From positions 43,249-107,248 of the forward strand of contig DASUZK010000059.1 in the NCBI GenBank assembly GCA_036376915.1: a DNA stretch of 64,000 bases, in the 5' to 3' direction. Numbering within the stretch: the stretch's first letter is position 1; the number at the start of each line of letters is the position of its first letter. Positions 1 through 9,390 of the stretch are shown here, piece after piece. The stretch comes from Solirubrobacterales bacterium (GTDB lineage: Bacteria; Actinomycetota; Thermoleophilia; Solirubrobacterales; 70-9). The notes under the pieces are model-generated. The model was given only the letters and a program-made list of their open reading frames with translations. It did not search any database and was not told where the DNA came from. A program made the position numbers and the translations under genes.

Positions 1-390
1 CAGGCGCCTCCAGTCGACCAGCCCGAGGAGGAAGATCGCGCAGAGCGGCAGGAAGACGTAGGGGGCGTTGAGCTTGTGGCCGAAGGCGCCCGAGTAGCCG
101 CGCGCCATCTTCCAGGCGACCTGGTACCCGGCCCAGGACTCGCGCACCTCACCCGTCGCGGAGTCGACGACGACCAGCGCCACCTGGCCGTCGCCGGCGA
201 ACCAGGCGATCTCCCAGTTTCCGTCGACCTTGGCCGTCGTGTGCGTGAGGCCGCCGTTCTCCTCACGCTCCTCCACCACCTTCGAGTCCTGGGCGGCGAT
301 GCGGGTTGCGGCAGCGGCCCCCACGTCTGCCCTCGCGGGCGCGGGAAGGAGGAGCGCGACGGCAACAAGGGTCGCCGGCCAAAGCCTCAT
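1..390 (-). CDS. exported hypothetical protein, 5' part only (CDS runs off the left edge)
   Basis: Own minus-strand translation from ATG (complement of 388-390): MRLWPATLVAVALLLPAPARADVGAAAATRIAAQDSKVVEE... The N-terminus looks like a signal peptide, and a later hydrophobic segment is YVFLPLCAIFLLGLV. The frame stays open to base 1. ATGA start/stop overlap with 387..1910. Not in the ORF track because it is truncated. Confidence 0.55.
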   Translation of the reverse strand, partial: MRLWPATLVAVALLLPAPARADVGAAAATRIAAQDSKVVEEREENGGLTHTTAKVDGNWEIAWFAGDGQVALVVVDSATGEVRESWAGYQVAWKMARGYSGAFGHKLNAPYVFLPLCAIFLLGLVDWRRL

Positions 391-1910
391 AGCCCGAAGT
401 GGTCCAGCACGACCGGCGCGATGTCGCGAAGGGTCCACTGGGCGCGTTCGGAGGCGTCCGCCGGCGCGCAGCCGACGAAGAGCAGCGGCCCGAGCGAGTC
501 GCCGGCGAGCAGCGATCCGTGGCTGCCCCCGCCGGCGTGAGTTACCCCGCCCCAGTCCACGGCCTCGTAGCCGGGCGCCAGCGAGAGCAGGAAGTCGCCC
601 GCGTGGGGGGCCGCGAGCGCGGACCAGATCCGGGCCAGGGGGTCGGGGTAGGCGAGGCTAAGCAGCTGGCCGTCCTCGACCGTCGCCGCGATCGCGGCGA
701 GATCGCCGGCGAAGTCCCAGCGAGCGCCCCGTAGGTCGGCGACGGCGTCGCCGGGGCCGAAGCGCAGCCCTGCCTCTCCGCGTTCGACTACCGCGACCGC
801 GCCGTCCGGCGGTGCTCCCGGCTCCTCTCGAGCCAGTGGCCTGCCGTCCGCGGACTCGAGGCGGCAGACGAGGTCGACCCCTTCGAGCACGTTCAGCCTC
901 GCCCGCACCGCCTCCGGGTCAGCCCGCTCCCCTGCTCCCGGGAGCAGGTAGACGTGGGCGGCGCGGCCGGTCGGGCTGACCGCCAGCTGGGCCTGGTCGG
1001 GCTCGGGCTCCGACGGCCTCAGCACCGACCACTCGTGGCCGAGCAGCTCCGCCAACGGCAGGCCGCGGCGCACCGGCGTCTGCGCGTGGTCGGCAAGCAG
1101 GACGACCGCGTGGTCGGCGAGGAAGGCGTCGAGCCCACCGCCGGCCTCGACCAGCTTCGCGAAGCAGCCGTCGGCCTTGGAGATCGACTCGACGCTCGCC
1201 TCCGGCCCGTGGCGATGGGAGTAGTTGTCGTTGTCGGGCAGGGAGAAGAGCAGGAAGTCGAAACCGTCGGTCCTCGCCAGCTCGGCGGCGCAGCAGGCCG
1301 AGTAGCCGTCCCGCGAGCCTGGGATCGAGCTCGGCTTGCAGGGCACCTCGCTGCTCGCGTAGAGGTCGCCGTAGAAGAGCTCGCCGGGCCCCCAGGTGTG
1401 GTGGCGGAACTTCAGCTGCGTCGCGTCGACCGCGCGCCGCAGGAGTCCCTCGAGCGACACCTGGTGGCGGTGGCGTCCGCGGTAGACCAGGAACGGCGTG
1501 CAGGCGGTGCGCACGCCGGCGTCGTCGAGGCGCTCGAACAGCGTCTCGGCGGCGGGGTTGAGATGTGCCAGGTTCATGTTGTAGACGAGGTCGTAGAGGG
1601 CCCGGAAGATGCCGAACGCTCGGCTCGCCTCCAGCGAGGAGCCGTACTCGACGTAGCGTCGCTCGAGCCGGTGGTACCAGTTCATGCCACTGATCCAATG
1701 ACCTTCCGCCGCGGTGCCGGTGACCATCTCGGCACAGGCGACCGGCGTCACCGAGGGGAAGCTGGAGACGCAGTCTTCGACCAAGACGCCGCGTTCGATC
1801 AGGGCGCCGAAGGTGGGTGCGCGGCCCTCGGCGACGGCGCGGAGCAACATGTCCGTGCGCAGCGAGTCGACGTAGGTGAGGACGAGCTTCTTGGCGGGCA
1901 CCGCCGCCAA
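387..1910 (-). CDS. alkaline-phosphatase-superfamily enzyme (type I phosphodiesterase / nucleotide pyrophosphatase-like)
   Basis: 507-aa ORF with motifs SFPSVTPVACAEMVTG, LPDNDNYSHRHGP and GGGSHGS, as in the AlkP/NPP fold. Confidence 0.7.
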   Translation of the reverse strand: MAAVPAKKLVLTYVDSLRTDMLLRAVAEGRAPTFGALIERGVLVEDCVSSFPSVTPVACAEMVTGTAAEGHWISGMNWYHRLERRYVEYGSSLEASRAFGIFRALYDLVYNMNLAHLNPAAETLFERLDDAGVRTACTPFLVYRGRHRHQVSLEGLLRRAVDATQLKFRHHTWGPGELFYGDLYASSEVPCKPSSIPGSRDGYSACCAAELARTDGFDFLLFSLPDNDNYSHRHGPEASVESISKADGCFAKLVEAGGGLDAFLADHAVVLLADHAQTPVRRGLPLAELLGHEWSVLRPSEPEPDQAQLAVSPTGRAAHVYLLPGAGERADPEAVRARLNVLEGVDLVCRLESADGRPLAREEPGAPPDGAVAVVERGEAGLRFGPGDAVADLRGARWDFAGDLAAIAATVEDGQLLSLAYPDPLARIWSALAAPHAGDFLLSLAPGYEAVDWGGVTHAGGGSHGSLLAGDSLGPLLFVGCAPADASERAQWTLRDIAPVVLDHFGL

Positions 1911-1942
1911 TCATCCTGAATCGCGAGAGGTGACTGAGGGCC

Positions 1943-2377
1943 CTAGCGCAGGACGCGGAGCCCGGCGTGCTTGCGTTGGGCGCGGCGGCGGCGGGAGATG
2001 CCTAGCCAGGCGAGGGCGGCGATGACCAGCAGGACCGCCGGCTCGAGCAGCAGCGCGATCGCGACGACGAGGAGGGCGACGAGAGAGACCAGGAAGCCGA
2101 GCGCGCCGGAGCCGCTGCCCTCGCGACGGCCGGCGCCACTGACCACGTCGCTGACGATCAGGCAGGCGAATACGGCGCCCGCCATGCAGAACAGAGCCCC
2201 GGCCACCGTGCTTACGTCGGCGCTTCCGGCCAGCAGAATGCCCGCGGCGAGGGCGATGGCGGCGGCGAGGATCGTCATGCGGCCACGGGCCGAGCCGTGC
2301 GTGCCGGTGGTGCCGGCCAGCATCCCGATCGCGATGCCGATGCCGAGCTCCAGGCAGATTCCCGAGAAAGATCCCAC
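1943..2377 (-). CDS. small multi-pass membrane protein, hypothetical
   Basis: 144-aa ORF with about 4 hydrophobic helices and a basic tail (SRRRRAQRKHAG). No recognisable family. Confidence 0.45.
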   Translation of the reverse strand: MGSFSGICLELGIGIAIGMLAGTTGTHGSARGRMTILAAAIALAAGILLAGSADVSTVAGALFCMAGAVFACLIVSDVVSGAGRREGSGSGALGFLVSLVALLVVAIALLLEPAVLLVIAALAWLGISRRRRAQRKHAGLRVLR

Positions 2378-2430
2378 GCTGGAAACCTAGCTCCCCCGGC
2401 GAGACGGCGCCAATTCGGCACACTGTCTCC

Positions 2431-3786
2431 ATGCCAGAGCCGCCCCACCGGCGTCGTGCCCACGCCCGCAGCAGCGACCTGGAGCGGTATGCCGGCCTCT
2501 TTGCGGCGCGGACGCAGGTGATGCGCTCTTCGGCGATGCGCGACCTGATGGCAGTGACCGCACGGCCGGAAGTGATCTCGCTTGCCGGCGGCCTTCCCGA
2601 CACCTCGACCTTCCCGCCGCAGACCTTCGCCGCGCAGATGACGCGGATCGCCCAGGAGTCCGCCGCCGAGGCGCTCCAGTACGGGCCCACCGAGGGATTC
2701 CGCGAGACCGTCGACTGCATCGTCGAGGTGATGGGAGCCGAGGGGATGCTTCCCGACCCCGAGGACGTGATCGTCACGACAGGCGGCCAGCAGGCGATCG
2801 ACCTGATCTGCAAGACGCTGGTAGATCCCGGCGACGCGGTGATCTGCGAGGCGCCCACTTACCCAGGCGCGATCCCGGTCTTCTGCAGCTACGAGGCGGA
2901 CACTATCCAGGTCGAGTGCGACGCGGAGGGGATGCGGATCGACGAGCTGGAGGCGGTGCTCGAGCGACTCGACGGCGAAGGGCGGCGGCCGAAGTTCGTC
3001 TACTCGGTGCCGACCTTCCAGAACCCCGCCGGCGTGACGATGTCGCTGGAGCGGCGGCGGCGGCTGGTCGAGCTTGCACGGTCGCGAGAGCTGCTCGTCG
3101 TCGAGGACAACCCCTACGGCCTGCTCCGCTTCGACGGCGAGGGCGTGCCGCCGCTCTACCAGCTCGACGGCGGGGACTTCGTCGTCTACATCGGCACCTT
3201 CTCGAAGATCCTCTCGCCCGGCATCCGCCTCGGCTGGGCGGTCGCCCCGCCGCCGGTGATGGACAAGGTCGTGCTCGGCAAGCAGGCCGCCGACCTGTGC
3301 ACCTCGACCCTGACCCAGTACTTCGTCCGCGAGTACTTCCGCGACGGGAACTGGCGCGAGTACGTCGAGAGCCTGGCCGGGATCTACCGCGCCCGCCGCG
3401 ACGCGATGGTCGACGCGCTTCGCCGACACTTCCCGCCCCAGGCGACTTGGACCGAGCCCGACGGCGGCCTGTTCATCTGGGCGACGCTGCCCCCCTACAT
3501 CGACACCGGCGATCTCCTGGCAAAGGCCTTGCGCGAGGACGTCGCCTTCGTCCCCGGCCAGGCCGCCTACGTCGACGGCAGCGGGCACAGCTCGATGCGG
3601 CTCAACTTCTCCGCCGGAGACGAGGACGAGATCCGCGAGGGGATCAGGCGGATCGGCAAGGTGGTCGCCGAGCAGGTCGAGCTCTACGGAGCCCTGACTG
3701 GCGAGCACGAGCCGGCGGCGGCGACTCGGCCCGCGGAGGAGTCGCCGGAGAACGTCGTGCCGTTCAAAAAGGCCGAAGGCGAATGA
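2431..3786 (+). CDS. PLP-dependent aminotransferase, class I/II (2-aminoadipate/aromatic transaminase-like)
   Basis: 451-aa ORF. PLP-lysine motif GTFSKILSPGIRLGW, also NPAG, EDNPYG and GGLFIW motifs. The stop overlaps the ddl start (ATGA). Start codon uncertain. Confidence 0.85.
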   Translation: MPEPPHRRRAHARSSDLERYAGLFAARTQVMRSSAMRDLMAVTARPEVISLAGGLPDTSTFPPQTFAAQMTRIAQESAAEALQYGPTEGFRETVDCIVEVMGAEGMLPDPEDVIVTTGGQQAIDLICKTLVDPGDAVICEAPTYPGAIPVFCSYEADTIQVECDAEGMRIDELEAVLERLDGEGRRPKFVYSVPTFQNPAGVTMSLERRRRLVELARSRELLVVEDNPYGLLRFDGEGVPPLYQLDGGDFVVYIGTFSKILSPGIRLGWAVAPPPVMDKVVLGKQAADLCTSTLTQYFVREYFRDGNWREYVESLAGIYRARRDAMVDALRRHFPPQATWTEPDGGLFIWATLPPYIDTGDLLAKALREDVAFVPGQAAYVDGSGHSSMRLNFSAGDEDEIREGIRRIGKVVAEQVELYGALTGEHEPAAATRPAEESPENVVPFKKAEGE

Positions 3787-4715
3787 AGGTCGCGGTCCTC
3801 AAAGGCGGTCGATCGCTGGAGCGCAGCGTCTCGCTGCGCTCCGGTGCCCGTGTCGAAGACGCGCTTGGCCGACTCGGCCACGAGGTGCTCGCGCTGGAGG
3901 CCGGTGGCGACTTGGCCAAGCTGCTGAGCGCCCAGCGACCCGACGTCGCCTTCGTTGCCATGCACGGCATGGGCGGGGAGGACGGCACCGTCCAGGAGCT
4001 GCTGGAGATCCTCGGCATTCCCTTCACGGGACCGGGCGTCGCGGCCTGCGTGCGCTGCATCGACAAGGTTCTGACCAAGCACGAGCTGCGGGCGGCGAAC
4101 ATCCCGACCCCCGACTGGTTCGCGTTCAACGAGACCGCGTTTCGCGAGCTCGGCGCCGCCGACGCGCTCGGGAGCCTGGAGGAGCGACTCGGCTTTCCGC
4201 TCGTGATCAAGCCCAGCCGCGGCGGCTCGGCCCTGGGAGTGAAGTTCGCCGAGAGCGGCGCCGACGTTCCCGGCGCCCTCGTCTCCGCCTTCAGCTACGA
4301 CGAGCGGGTGCTGCTGGAGCGCTTCGTCAGCGGTCGCGAGCTGGCGGTCAGCGTGCTCGGCGACGAGCCCCTGCCGGTGGTTGAGGCGATCCCCCGCGCT
4401 GGCCACAACTACGACTTCGAAGCGCGCTACGAGATCGGCCGCACCTCCTTCGTCTGCCCGGCGCGGCTCGGCGAGGGCGAGACGGGGGCCGTGATCGAGG
4501 CCGCGCTGGGCGCATACGAGACGCTCGGCTGTGCCGGCTTCTCCCGCGTCGACTTGATCCTCGGCGAGGAGGGGCCGCAAGTGCTCGAGGTCAACGCCAT
4601 CCCCGGCCTTACCGACACCAGCCTCCTCCCCCAGGCCGCCGAGGCCGCCGGCATGTCCTTCGAGCGGCTGGTCGAGCGAATCTTGGAGCTCGCGCTGGCT
4701 CCGGCCAGCGTCTAG
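3783..4715 (+). CDS. ddl: D-alanine--D-alanine ligase (short DdlB-like form)
   Basis: MKVAVLKGGRSLERSVSLRSG..., HGMGGEDGTVQELLEILGIPFTG, EVNAIPGLT. ATG at 3783 lies inside the longer run-through ORF 2916..4715. Confidence 0.9.
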   Translation: MKVAVLKGGRSLERSVSLRSGARVEDALGRLGHEVLALEAGGDLAKLLSAQRPDVAFVAMHGMGGEDGTVQELLEILGIPFTGPGVAACVRCIDKVLTKHELRAANIPTPDWFAFNETAFRELGAADALGSLEERLGFPLVIKPSRGGSALGVKFAESGADVPGALVSAFSYDERVLLERFVSGRELAVSVLGDEPLPVVEAIPRAGHNYDFEARYEIGRTSFVCPARLGEGETGAVIEAALGAYETLGCAGFSRVDLILGEEGPQVLEVNAIPGLTDTSLLPQAAEAAGMSFERLVERILELALAPASV

Positions 4716-5206
4716 GAGTCTTCGCCCTTGGCGAAGTCGTCGGGCGTGACCTCGTCGAGGAACTCTTTGAACTTGTCGACGACCTCCTCGGTGTCCTCGA
4801 CGTCGTGCTCGAACTCGATCGCCGACTCCTCGATCACGTCCTCGTCGGCGAAGATCGGCGCCGAGACGCGGACGGCGAGGGCGAGGGCGTCGGAGGGGCG
4901 CGAATCGATCTCCATCTCCGACCCGTTGATCGAGACCGTGATCGAGGCGTAGAAGGTGTTGTCGCGCAGTTCGGTCACGGAGACCCGCTCGCATTTGGCG
5001 TCGAGCTGCTCGAGCAGGTCGGAGAGCAGGTCGTGGGTCATCGGGCGCGGGGTCGAGGCGCCCTGGAGCTTCATCAGGATCGCCGCCGCCTCGGGATGGC
5101 CGATCCAGATCGGCAGGAACTTGTTGCCGTCGACCGTCTTCAGCAAGACGATCGGCTGCTTGCCGACCATGTCGAAGCTGACGCCGTAGATCTGCATCTG
5201 CTGCAC
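4712..5206 (-). CDS. bifunctional nuclease family (DUF151/BFN) protein
   Basis: PIVLLKTVDGNKFLPIWIGHPEAAAI, PRPMTHDLL, DNTFYA, DSRPSDALALAVR. Start is GTG 5206 or ATG 5197. Confidence 0.8.
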   Translation of the reverse strand: MQQMQIYGVSFDMVGKQPIVLLKTVDGNKFLPIWIGHPEAAAILMKLQGASTPRPMTHDLLSDLLEQLDAKCERVSVTELRDNTFYASITVSINGSEMEIDSRPSDALALAVRVSAPIFADEDVIEESAIEFEHDVEDTEEVVDKFKEFLDEVTPDDFAKGEDS

Positions 5207-5209
5207 GAG

Positions 5210-5283
<74 letters not shown>

Positions 5284-5332
5284 GGAGCCAAGCCGAAGGA
5301 TAGCGGGGAGATCGGGGCGGAAGGGCGGGCCT

Positions 5333-6208
5333 TCAGTCGCGGTTTGGGCCGACCCTGCGGGCCAGTGCCAGCGCCTCGTCGAGGCTGGCCAGACGGATCT
5401 CGACCGCCACCCCCCTCCCCTTCGGCCTCACCTCGACCTCGTGGCCGAACGCCGACTCGAGCTCGTCGGCCGCATCGCGGATCGCCGCCTCCTCCTCGAC
5501 CGACAGCGCCGAGCGGCGAGCGCTCTTCCCCTTCTTTGGCTGGCCAGCCAGCTTGGCCCTGCTCTCGGTCTCTCTGACCGACCAGCCCCCCCGCGCGGCA
5601 TCTCGGGCGAGGCGACGGCGGGTGTCGTTTCCGTCCGCCGAGAGCAGCGCCTTGCCGTGGCCCTCGCTGAGCTCTCTCTTCTCGAGCAGGTCAAGCGCCT
5701 CGTCCGGGAGGTCGAGCAGACGGATCAGGTTGGAGACGGCGGGGCGGCTGCGCCCGACACGGCGAGCCAGCTCCTCCTTGGAGAGGCCGAGGTCGTCGAC
5801 CAAGGCGGAGCAGGCTCGCGCCTCGTCGACCGGGTTGAGATCCTCGCGGACCATGTTCTCGATCAGGGCCACCTGGAGGCGCTCGGCCAGCTCCTGGTCG
5901 CGGACGATCGCGGGGACCTTTGCCAGGCCGGCTTTCCGCGCGGCGCGCCAGCGGCGCTCGCCAGCGATCAGCTCGTAGCTACCGTCGGGGAGGGGGCGGA
6001 CCAAAAGCGGCTGGACGACGCCGTTCGCTCCAATCGAAGATGCGAGACCGTCGAGCGACTCCGGGTCGATCTTGCTGCGCGGCTGGTTCGGATTGGGCTT
6101 GATCGTCTCGACCGGCAGCTCGCGCAGCTCGCCCGCGGCATCGGCGGAGGCCTCCGGCAGGATCGCGGCGAGGCCGGAGCCGAGGCCCCGCTTGGCGGTC
6201 TTAGCCAC
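5333..6208 (-). CDS. parB: chromosome partitioning protein ParB
   Basis: RGLGSGLAAILPE, IKPNPNQPR, LIAGERRWRAA, HTH region. Overlaps the parA stop by 8 nt. Confidence 0.95.
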   Translation of the reverse strand: MAKTAKRGLGSGLAAILPEASADAAGELRELPVETIKPNPNQPRSKIDPESLDGLASSIGANGVVQPLLVRPLPDGSYELIAGERRWRAARKAGLAKVPAIVRDQELAERLQVALIENMVREDLNPVDEARACSALVDDLGLSKEELARRVGRSRPAVSNLIRLLDLPDEALDLLEKRELSEGHGKALLSADGNDTRRRLARDAARGGWSVRETESRAKLAGQPKKGKSARRSALSVEEEAAIRDAADELESAFGHEVEVRPKGRGVAVEIRLASLDEALALARRVGPNRD

Positions 6209-6959
6209 GGGAAACGAGCTCCTCGGCGAGTGCTCGGTAAGCGACGGAACCGCGCGAGGCCGGCGAGTGCTCGGTCACCGGTAGCCCGTGGCTCGGCGCC
6301 TCGGCGACACGGACACTGCGCGGGATGACCGTCTCGAAGACCATTTCGGGGAAGTGCTGGCGCAATTCCCGCTCGACGTCCTGAGCCAAGCGAGTGCGCT
6401 CGTCGTGCATGGTGACCAAGAGGCCCGACACCTCCAGCGGCGGGTTGAGCTCGCGGCGGATCATCGCCAGCGTGTCGAGGAACTGAACCAGGCCCTCGAG
6501 CGCCAGGTACTCGGCCTGTACGGGCACGACCACGCGGTCGGCCGCGGTCAGCGCGTTGACGCTGACCGGGCCCAGCGAGGGCGGGCAATCGAGCAGCGTG
6601 TAGGCGAAGCGCTCGCGCACGGGGCCGAGGCGCTGGCGCAGCCGCGTCTCGGAGCCATCCATGCGGGGCAGCTCCACCGCGGCGCCGGCCAGGTCGCGAT
6701 TGGCCGGCACCAGCCAGAGATTGTCGGGGCCCGCCGGCCGGGCCGCCTCGGCGACCGAGACGTCGCCCGTGAGGCAGTCATAGGAGGAGGGGTGCATGTC
6801 ACGCTCGCCGCCCAGCGCCACCGTTGCGTTGCACTGCGGGTCGAGGTCGACGAGCAGGGTCTGGGCGCCGGAGGCGGCAACGCAGGCGGCAACGTTGACC
6901 GCGGTGGTCGTCTTGCCGACGCCTCCCTTCTGGTTCGCGATTGCGTAGACGACACCCAT
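6201..6959 (-). CDS. parA: chromosome partitioning ATPase ParA/Soj
   Basis: Internal ATG at 6959 gives MGVVYAIANQKGGVGKTTTAVN (deviant Walker A). The 330-aa ORF-track version is an N-terminal run-through. Confidence 0.92.
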   Translation of the reverse strand: MGVVYAIANQKGGVGKTTTAVNVAACVAASGAQTLLVDLDPQCNATVALGGERDMHPSSYDCLTGDVSVAEAARPAGPDNLWLVPANRDLAGAAVELPRMDGSETRLRQRLGPVRERFAYTLLDCPPSLGPVSVNALTAADRVVVPVQAEYLALEGLVQFLDTLAMIRRELNPPLEVSGLLVTMHDERTRLAQDVERELRQHFPEMVFETVIPRSVRVAEAPSHGLPVTEHSPASRGSVAYRALAEELVSRG

Positions 6960-6975
6960 CGGCCGCAGACTAGCC

Positions 6976-7659
6976 TTACCCGCGGGGGCGCTTCTTGGCC
7001 ATTCCCGCACGGCGCGGCAATCCAGCCGGGGTGGGGCCGGTCTTGCGGAGGACGTGGAGGTGGCGGTGTTCGCTTCCCGCGAAGGGGCCCACGTGGAGGA
7101 TCTGCTCAGGGTGCATGGCCAGGGCCTCGGCTGCGCTTGCGAGCTGGGCCTCCTCGTCGGGATCGCGCTTTCCCTTCCAGGCGACCAGAGCACCGCCCTC
7201 CCTCAACAGGGGGGAGGCCAGCTCTGCCAGGGTGGAGAGACGACCAACCGCCCGGGCCGTGACAGCGTCGTAGGCGCCACGTCCCTCGCCGGCGGCCAGC
7301 TCCTCCGAGCGGACGTTCAGGATCCGGGCGTTGCCGATTCCCGCGGCGTCGATCGCACGCTGGACGAACTCGCACTTGCGGCCGACGGACTCGATCAGGT
7401 CAACCTGGGCAGAGGGCAGGGCCACGGCCAGGACCAGACCCGGAAACCCAGCTCCAGAGCCAATATCTGCGATGGTTGGGGCATCTTTCAGGGCCTCGAC
7501 CTCGAGGCCCGTGAGGCTGTCGGCCACATGCACCTTCCAGGCGCGGCCGGGGTCGGTGACCGAGCTAACCGACGCCCGCTCCTCGGCGAGGAGGCGGAGG
7601 ACGATGTCCAGGGCCTCCCGGGCGGCAGGATCGAGCTGGGCCGTCGGGTCCGGGCTCAC
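6976..7659 (-). CDS. rsmG: 16S rRNA (guanine527-N7)-methyltransferase RsmG
   Basis: DIGSGAGFPGLVLA SAM motif. GTG at 7659 forms a GTGA overlap with the jag stop. The track start at 7689 would overlap jag by 34 nt. Confidence 0.88.
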   Translation of the reverse strand: MSPDPTAQLDPAAREALDIVLRLLAEERASVSSVTDPGRAWKVHVADSLTGLEVEALKDAPTIADIGSGAGFPGLVLAVALPSAQVDLIESVGRKCEFVQRAIDAAGIGNARILNVRSEELAAGEGRGAYDAVTARAVGRLSTLAELASPLLREGGALVAWKGKRDPDEEAQLASAAEALAMHPEQILHVGPFAGSEHRHLHVLRKTGPTPAGLPRRAGMAKKRPRG

Positions 7660-8138
7660 TCGGCGACGAGCGGTGCAACCACGACGCAACGGTGGGGGTC
7701 GTCGCCTTCGCTGTAGGTCTCGACGCCGGAGCGCTCCTTGAGGTGCTCGTGGACGACCCGCCGCTCCTGCGCGCTCATCGGATCCATCTCCACCGAGTGA
7801 CCGCCGCTCAGAGCCTGCTCCGCAGCCCGGTCAGCGCGGGCCGTCAGCGTCTCCCGGCGGCGCTCCCGGTAGCCGGCCGCGTCGATCACGACCCGCTTGC
7901 GATCCCGGAGCCCACGGAAGGCAGCCTGGTAGGCGAGCAGCTGAAGCGCGTCGATCGTCTGCCCCCTCTTGCCGATCAAGAGGCCATAGTCGTCGCCCCC
8001 GTCAACCGAGGCCGTGATCCGATCGTCGTCCTCGACGATCTCGACGTCCCCATCCAGGTCCAGCTCGTCCAGGACGCCCTCGACCAGCTCCCTCACACGC
8101 TCTGCCGGCTCCGCAGGCCAATCTGCGATCTCACCCAT
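7656..8138 (-). CDS. jag: Jag/KhpB-type RNA-binding protein (KH + R3H domains)
   Basis: LLIGKRGQTIDALQ (KH GXXG) and ERRVVHEHLK...VETYSEGDDPHRCVVV (R3H). Confidence 0.85.
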   Translation of the reverse strand: MGEIADWPAEPAERVRELVEGVLDELDLDGDVEIVEDDDRITASVDGGDDYGLLIGKRGQTIDALQLLAYQAAFRGLRDRKRVVIDAAGYRERRRETLTARADRAAEQALSGGHSVEMDPMSAQERRVVHEHLKERSGVETYSEGDDPHRCVVVAPLVAE

Positions 8139-8233
8139 AAGCCGGGAGTCTATTGGCGAGGAGTTGCTGGCGCGGCGGGTCCTGTCGCCGTAGCTCGACC
8201 AGGGCTGGGACGAGAAAGCTTGGGGTGTCTGAA

Positions 8234-8367
8234 GAGCCCGGTGGGGAGGGGTTTTGGGATCCTCGCGAAGCGGCCCCCGGCAAGGTGATTCTCAGCCGCG
8301 AAGCGGCACCAGGTTGCACCGCCGCGGGCGGTGCAATGGGATCCCAAAACCCCTCCCCACCGGGCTC
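8234..8367. repeat. long palindromic intergenic element (29-bp perfect arms) between yidC and jag
   Basis: 8234..8262 GAGCCCGGTGGGGAGGGGTTTTGGGATCC is the exact reverse complement of 8339..8367. The loop holds an 11-nt direct repeat CGCGAAGCGGC (8264, 8297) and a 10-bp/3-nt inner hairpin (8314..8336). Confidence 0.8.
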
Positions 8368-8371
8368 CCGA

Positions 8372-9121
8372 TTACCGCCGCTTCTTCTTTTTCCTAGGCG
8401 ACGGGGGGGGTGGCTTCGCTGCCTGAACCTCTGCCGGCGTAGGCACATGCGGCGCAGGGATCAGTTTCTGGATCGTGTACTGCTGTCCGATCGTCCAGAC
8501 GTTGGTCGTAATCCAGTAGAGGACGAGGCCGGCTGGGAAGTTGATCACGAAGGGGACGAAGATGAGCGGCAGGACGAACATCATCACCCGCTGGCTTTTG
8601 TCGGCGGTGATCGCCATGACCATCCCGGAGATCAACTGCGTGCCGACGTAGAGGATGAGCAGGGCGATCAGTTCGCCGCCGGTGGCCTTGGCCGTCAGGT
8701 CGCTGATGAAGAGGAAGGAGGCTTCGGAGCCGCACTCGCCCGCCTTGCACCCGATGTCATCCGGAAGCTCGTTCTGCAGCAGGTAGAAGAGGGTGATGAA
8801 GACCGGCAGCTGTGCCAGCAGCGGAATGCAGGAGGCAAAGGGGTTGACTTTGTTCTCCTGGTAGAAGCGCATCATCTCCTGCTGCATGCGCTGACGGTCG
8901 TTTTTGTATTTCGCCTGGATCTCTTTGATCTGCGGCTGCAGGGCCTGCAGGGCCCGCATGCCCTTCAGCTGTTTGTAGGTGAGCGGGATCAGCAGCGTCC
9001 GCGTCACGATCGTCAGCGCGATGATCGCGCCACCCCAGCTGAGACCGACGCTGTCGTGGAAGAACTTGAGGACTTCGTTGGCGACGTCGATCAGCGGCTG
9101 GAGGATGTTCGCCGGGATCAT
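8372..9121 (-). CDS. yidC: membrane protein insertase YidC (short Gram-positive type)
   Basis: ALTIVTRTLLIPLT, QPQIKEIQAKYKNDRQRMQQEMMRFYQENKVNP, basic C-tail KKKKRR. ATGA overlap with yidD. Confidence 0.93.
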   Translation of the reverse strand: MIPANILQPLIDVANEVLKFFHDSVGLSWGGAIIALTIVTRTLLIPLTYKQLKGMRALQALQPQIKEIQAKYKNDRQRMQQEMMRFYQENKVNPFASCIPLLAQLPVFITLFYLLQNELPDDIGCKAGECGSEASFLFISDLTAKATGGELIALLILYVGTQLISGMVMAITADKSQRVMMFVLPLIFVPFVINFPAGLVLYWITTNVWTIGQQYTIQKLIPAPHVPTPAEVQAAKPPPPSPRKKKKRR

Positions 9122-9390
9122 GTGTGCACCTCACCGTGGTGGGTGGCGGGGTCGACCGGCCCGACTCGCAGCGTGAAGCGCTCGGGGACCGGGTCGAAGC
9201 CGCCGTGGCTGAAGGGATTGCAGCGCAGAAGGCGCCAGGTGCCGAGGAGGGCGCCGCGCAGGGCGCCGAATCGCTGCACGGCTTCGGCGGTGTAGGTGGA
9301 GCAGGTCGGCTCGTAGCGACAGCGGCGCGGCATCGAGGGGGAGACCCAGCGTCGGTAGGCGGCGATCAGGCCTAGGAGTGGTCGTTTCAC
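9118..9390 (-). CDS. yidD: membrane protein insertion efficiency factor YidD
   Basis: CRYEPTCSTYTAEAV...RCNPFSHGGFDPVP. GTGA overlap with rnpA. Confidence 0.92.
   Translation of the reverse strand: MKRPLLGLIAAYRRWVSPSMPRRCRYEPTCSTYTAEAVQRFGALRGALLGTWRLLRCNPFSHGGFDPVPERFTLRVGPVDPATHHGEVHT

Noticed and set aside
76-661. Plus-strand ORFs 76..540 and 230..661 at the left edge.
   Set aside because: They have low-complexity Arg/Pro/Ala composition. The minus strand there encodes a signal-peptide protein (1..390) and the C-terminus of the AlkP-family enzyme.
2916-3782. N-terminal extensions in the ORF track, e.g. 2916.. for ddl, 26375.. for pbpA, 30535.. for ddl2, 41772.. for capD-like, 6960..7193 for parA, 34948..35346 for the kinase, and 41629..41997 for uppP.
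   Set aside because: The extensions overlap the preceding genes in another frame and are Arg/Pro-rich. Conserved N-termini with 4-nt start/stop overlaps or an RBS are found at the internal starts.
6201-6215. Second parS candidate at the parA/parB junction (TAGCCACGGGAAAC).
   Set aside because: It matches the parS core at only 9/14 positions.
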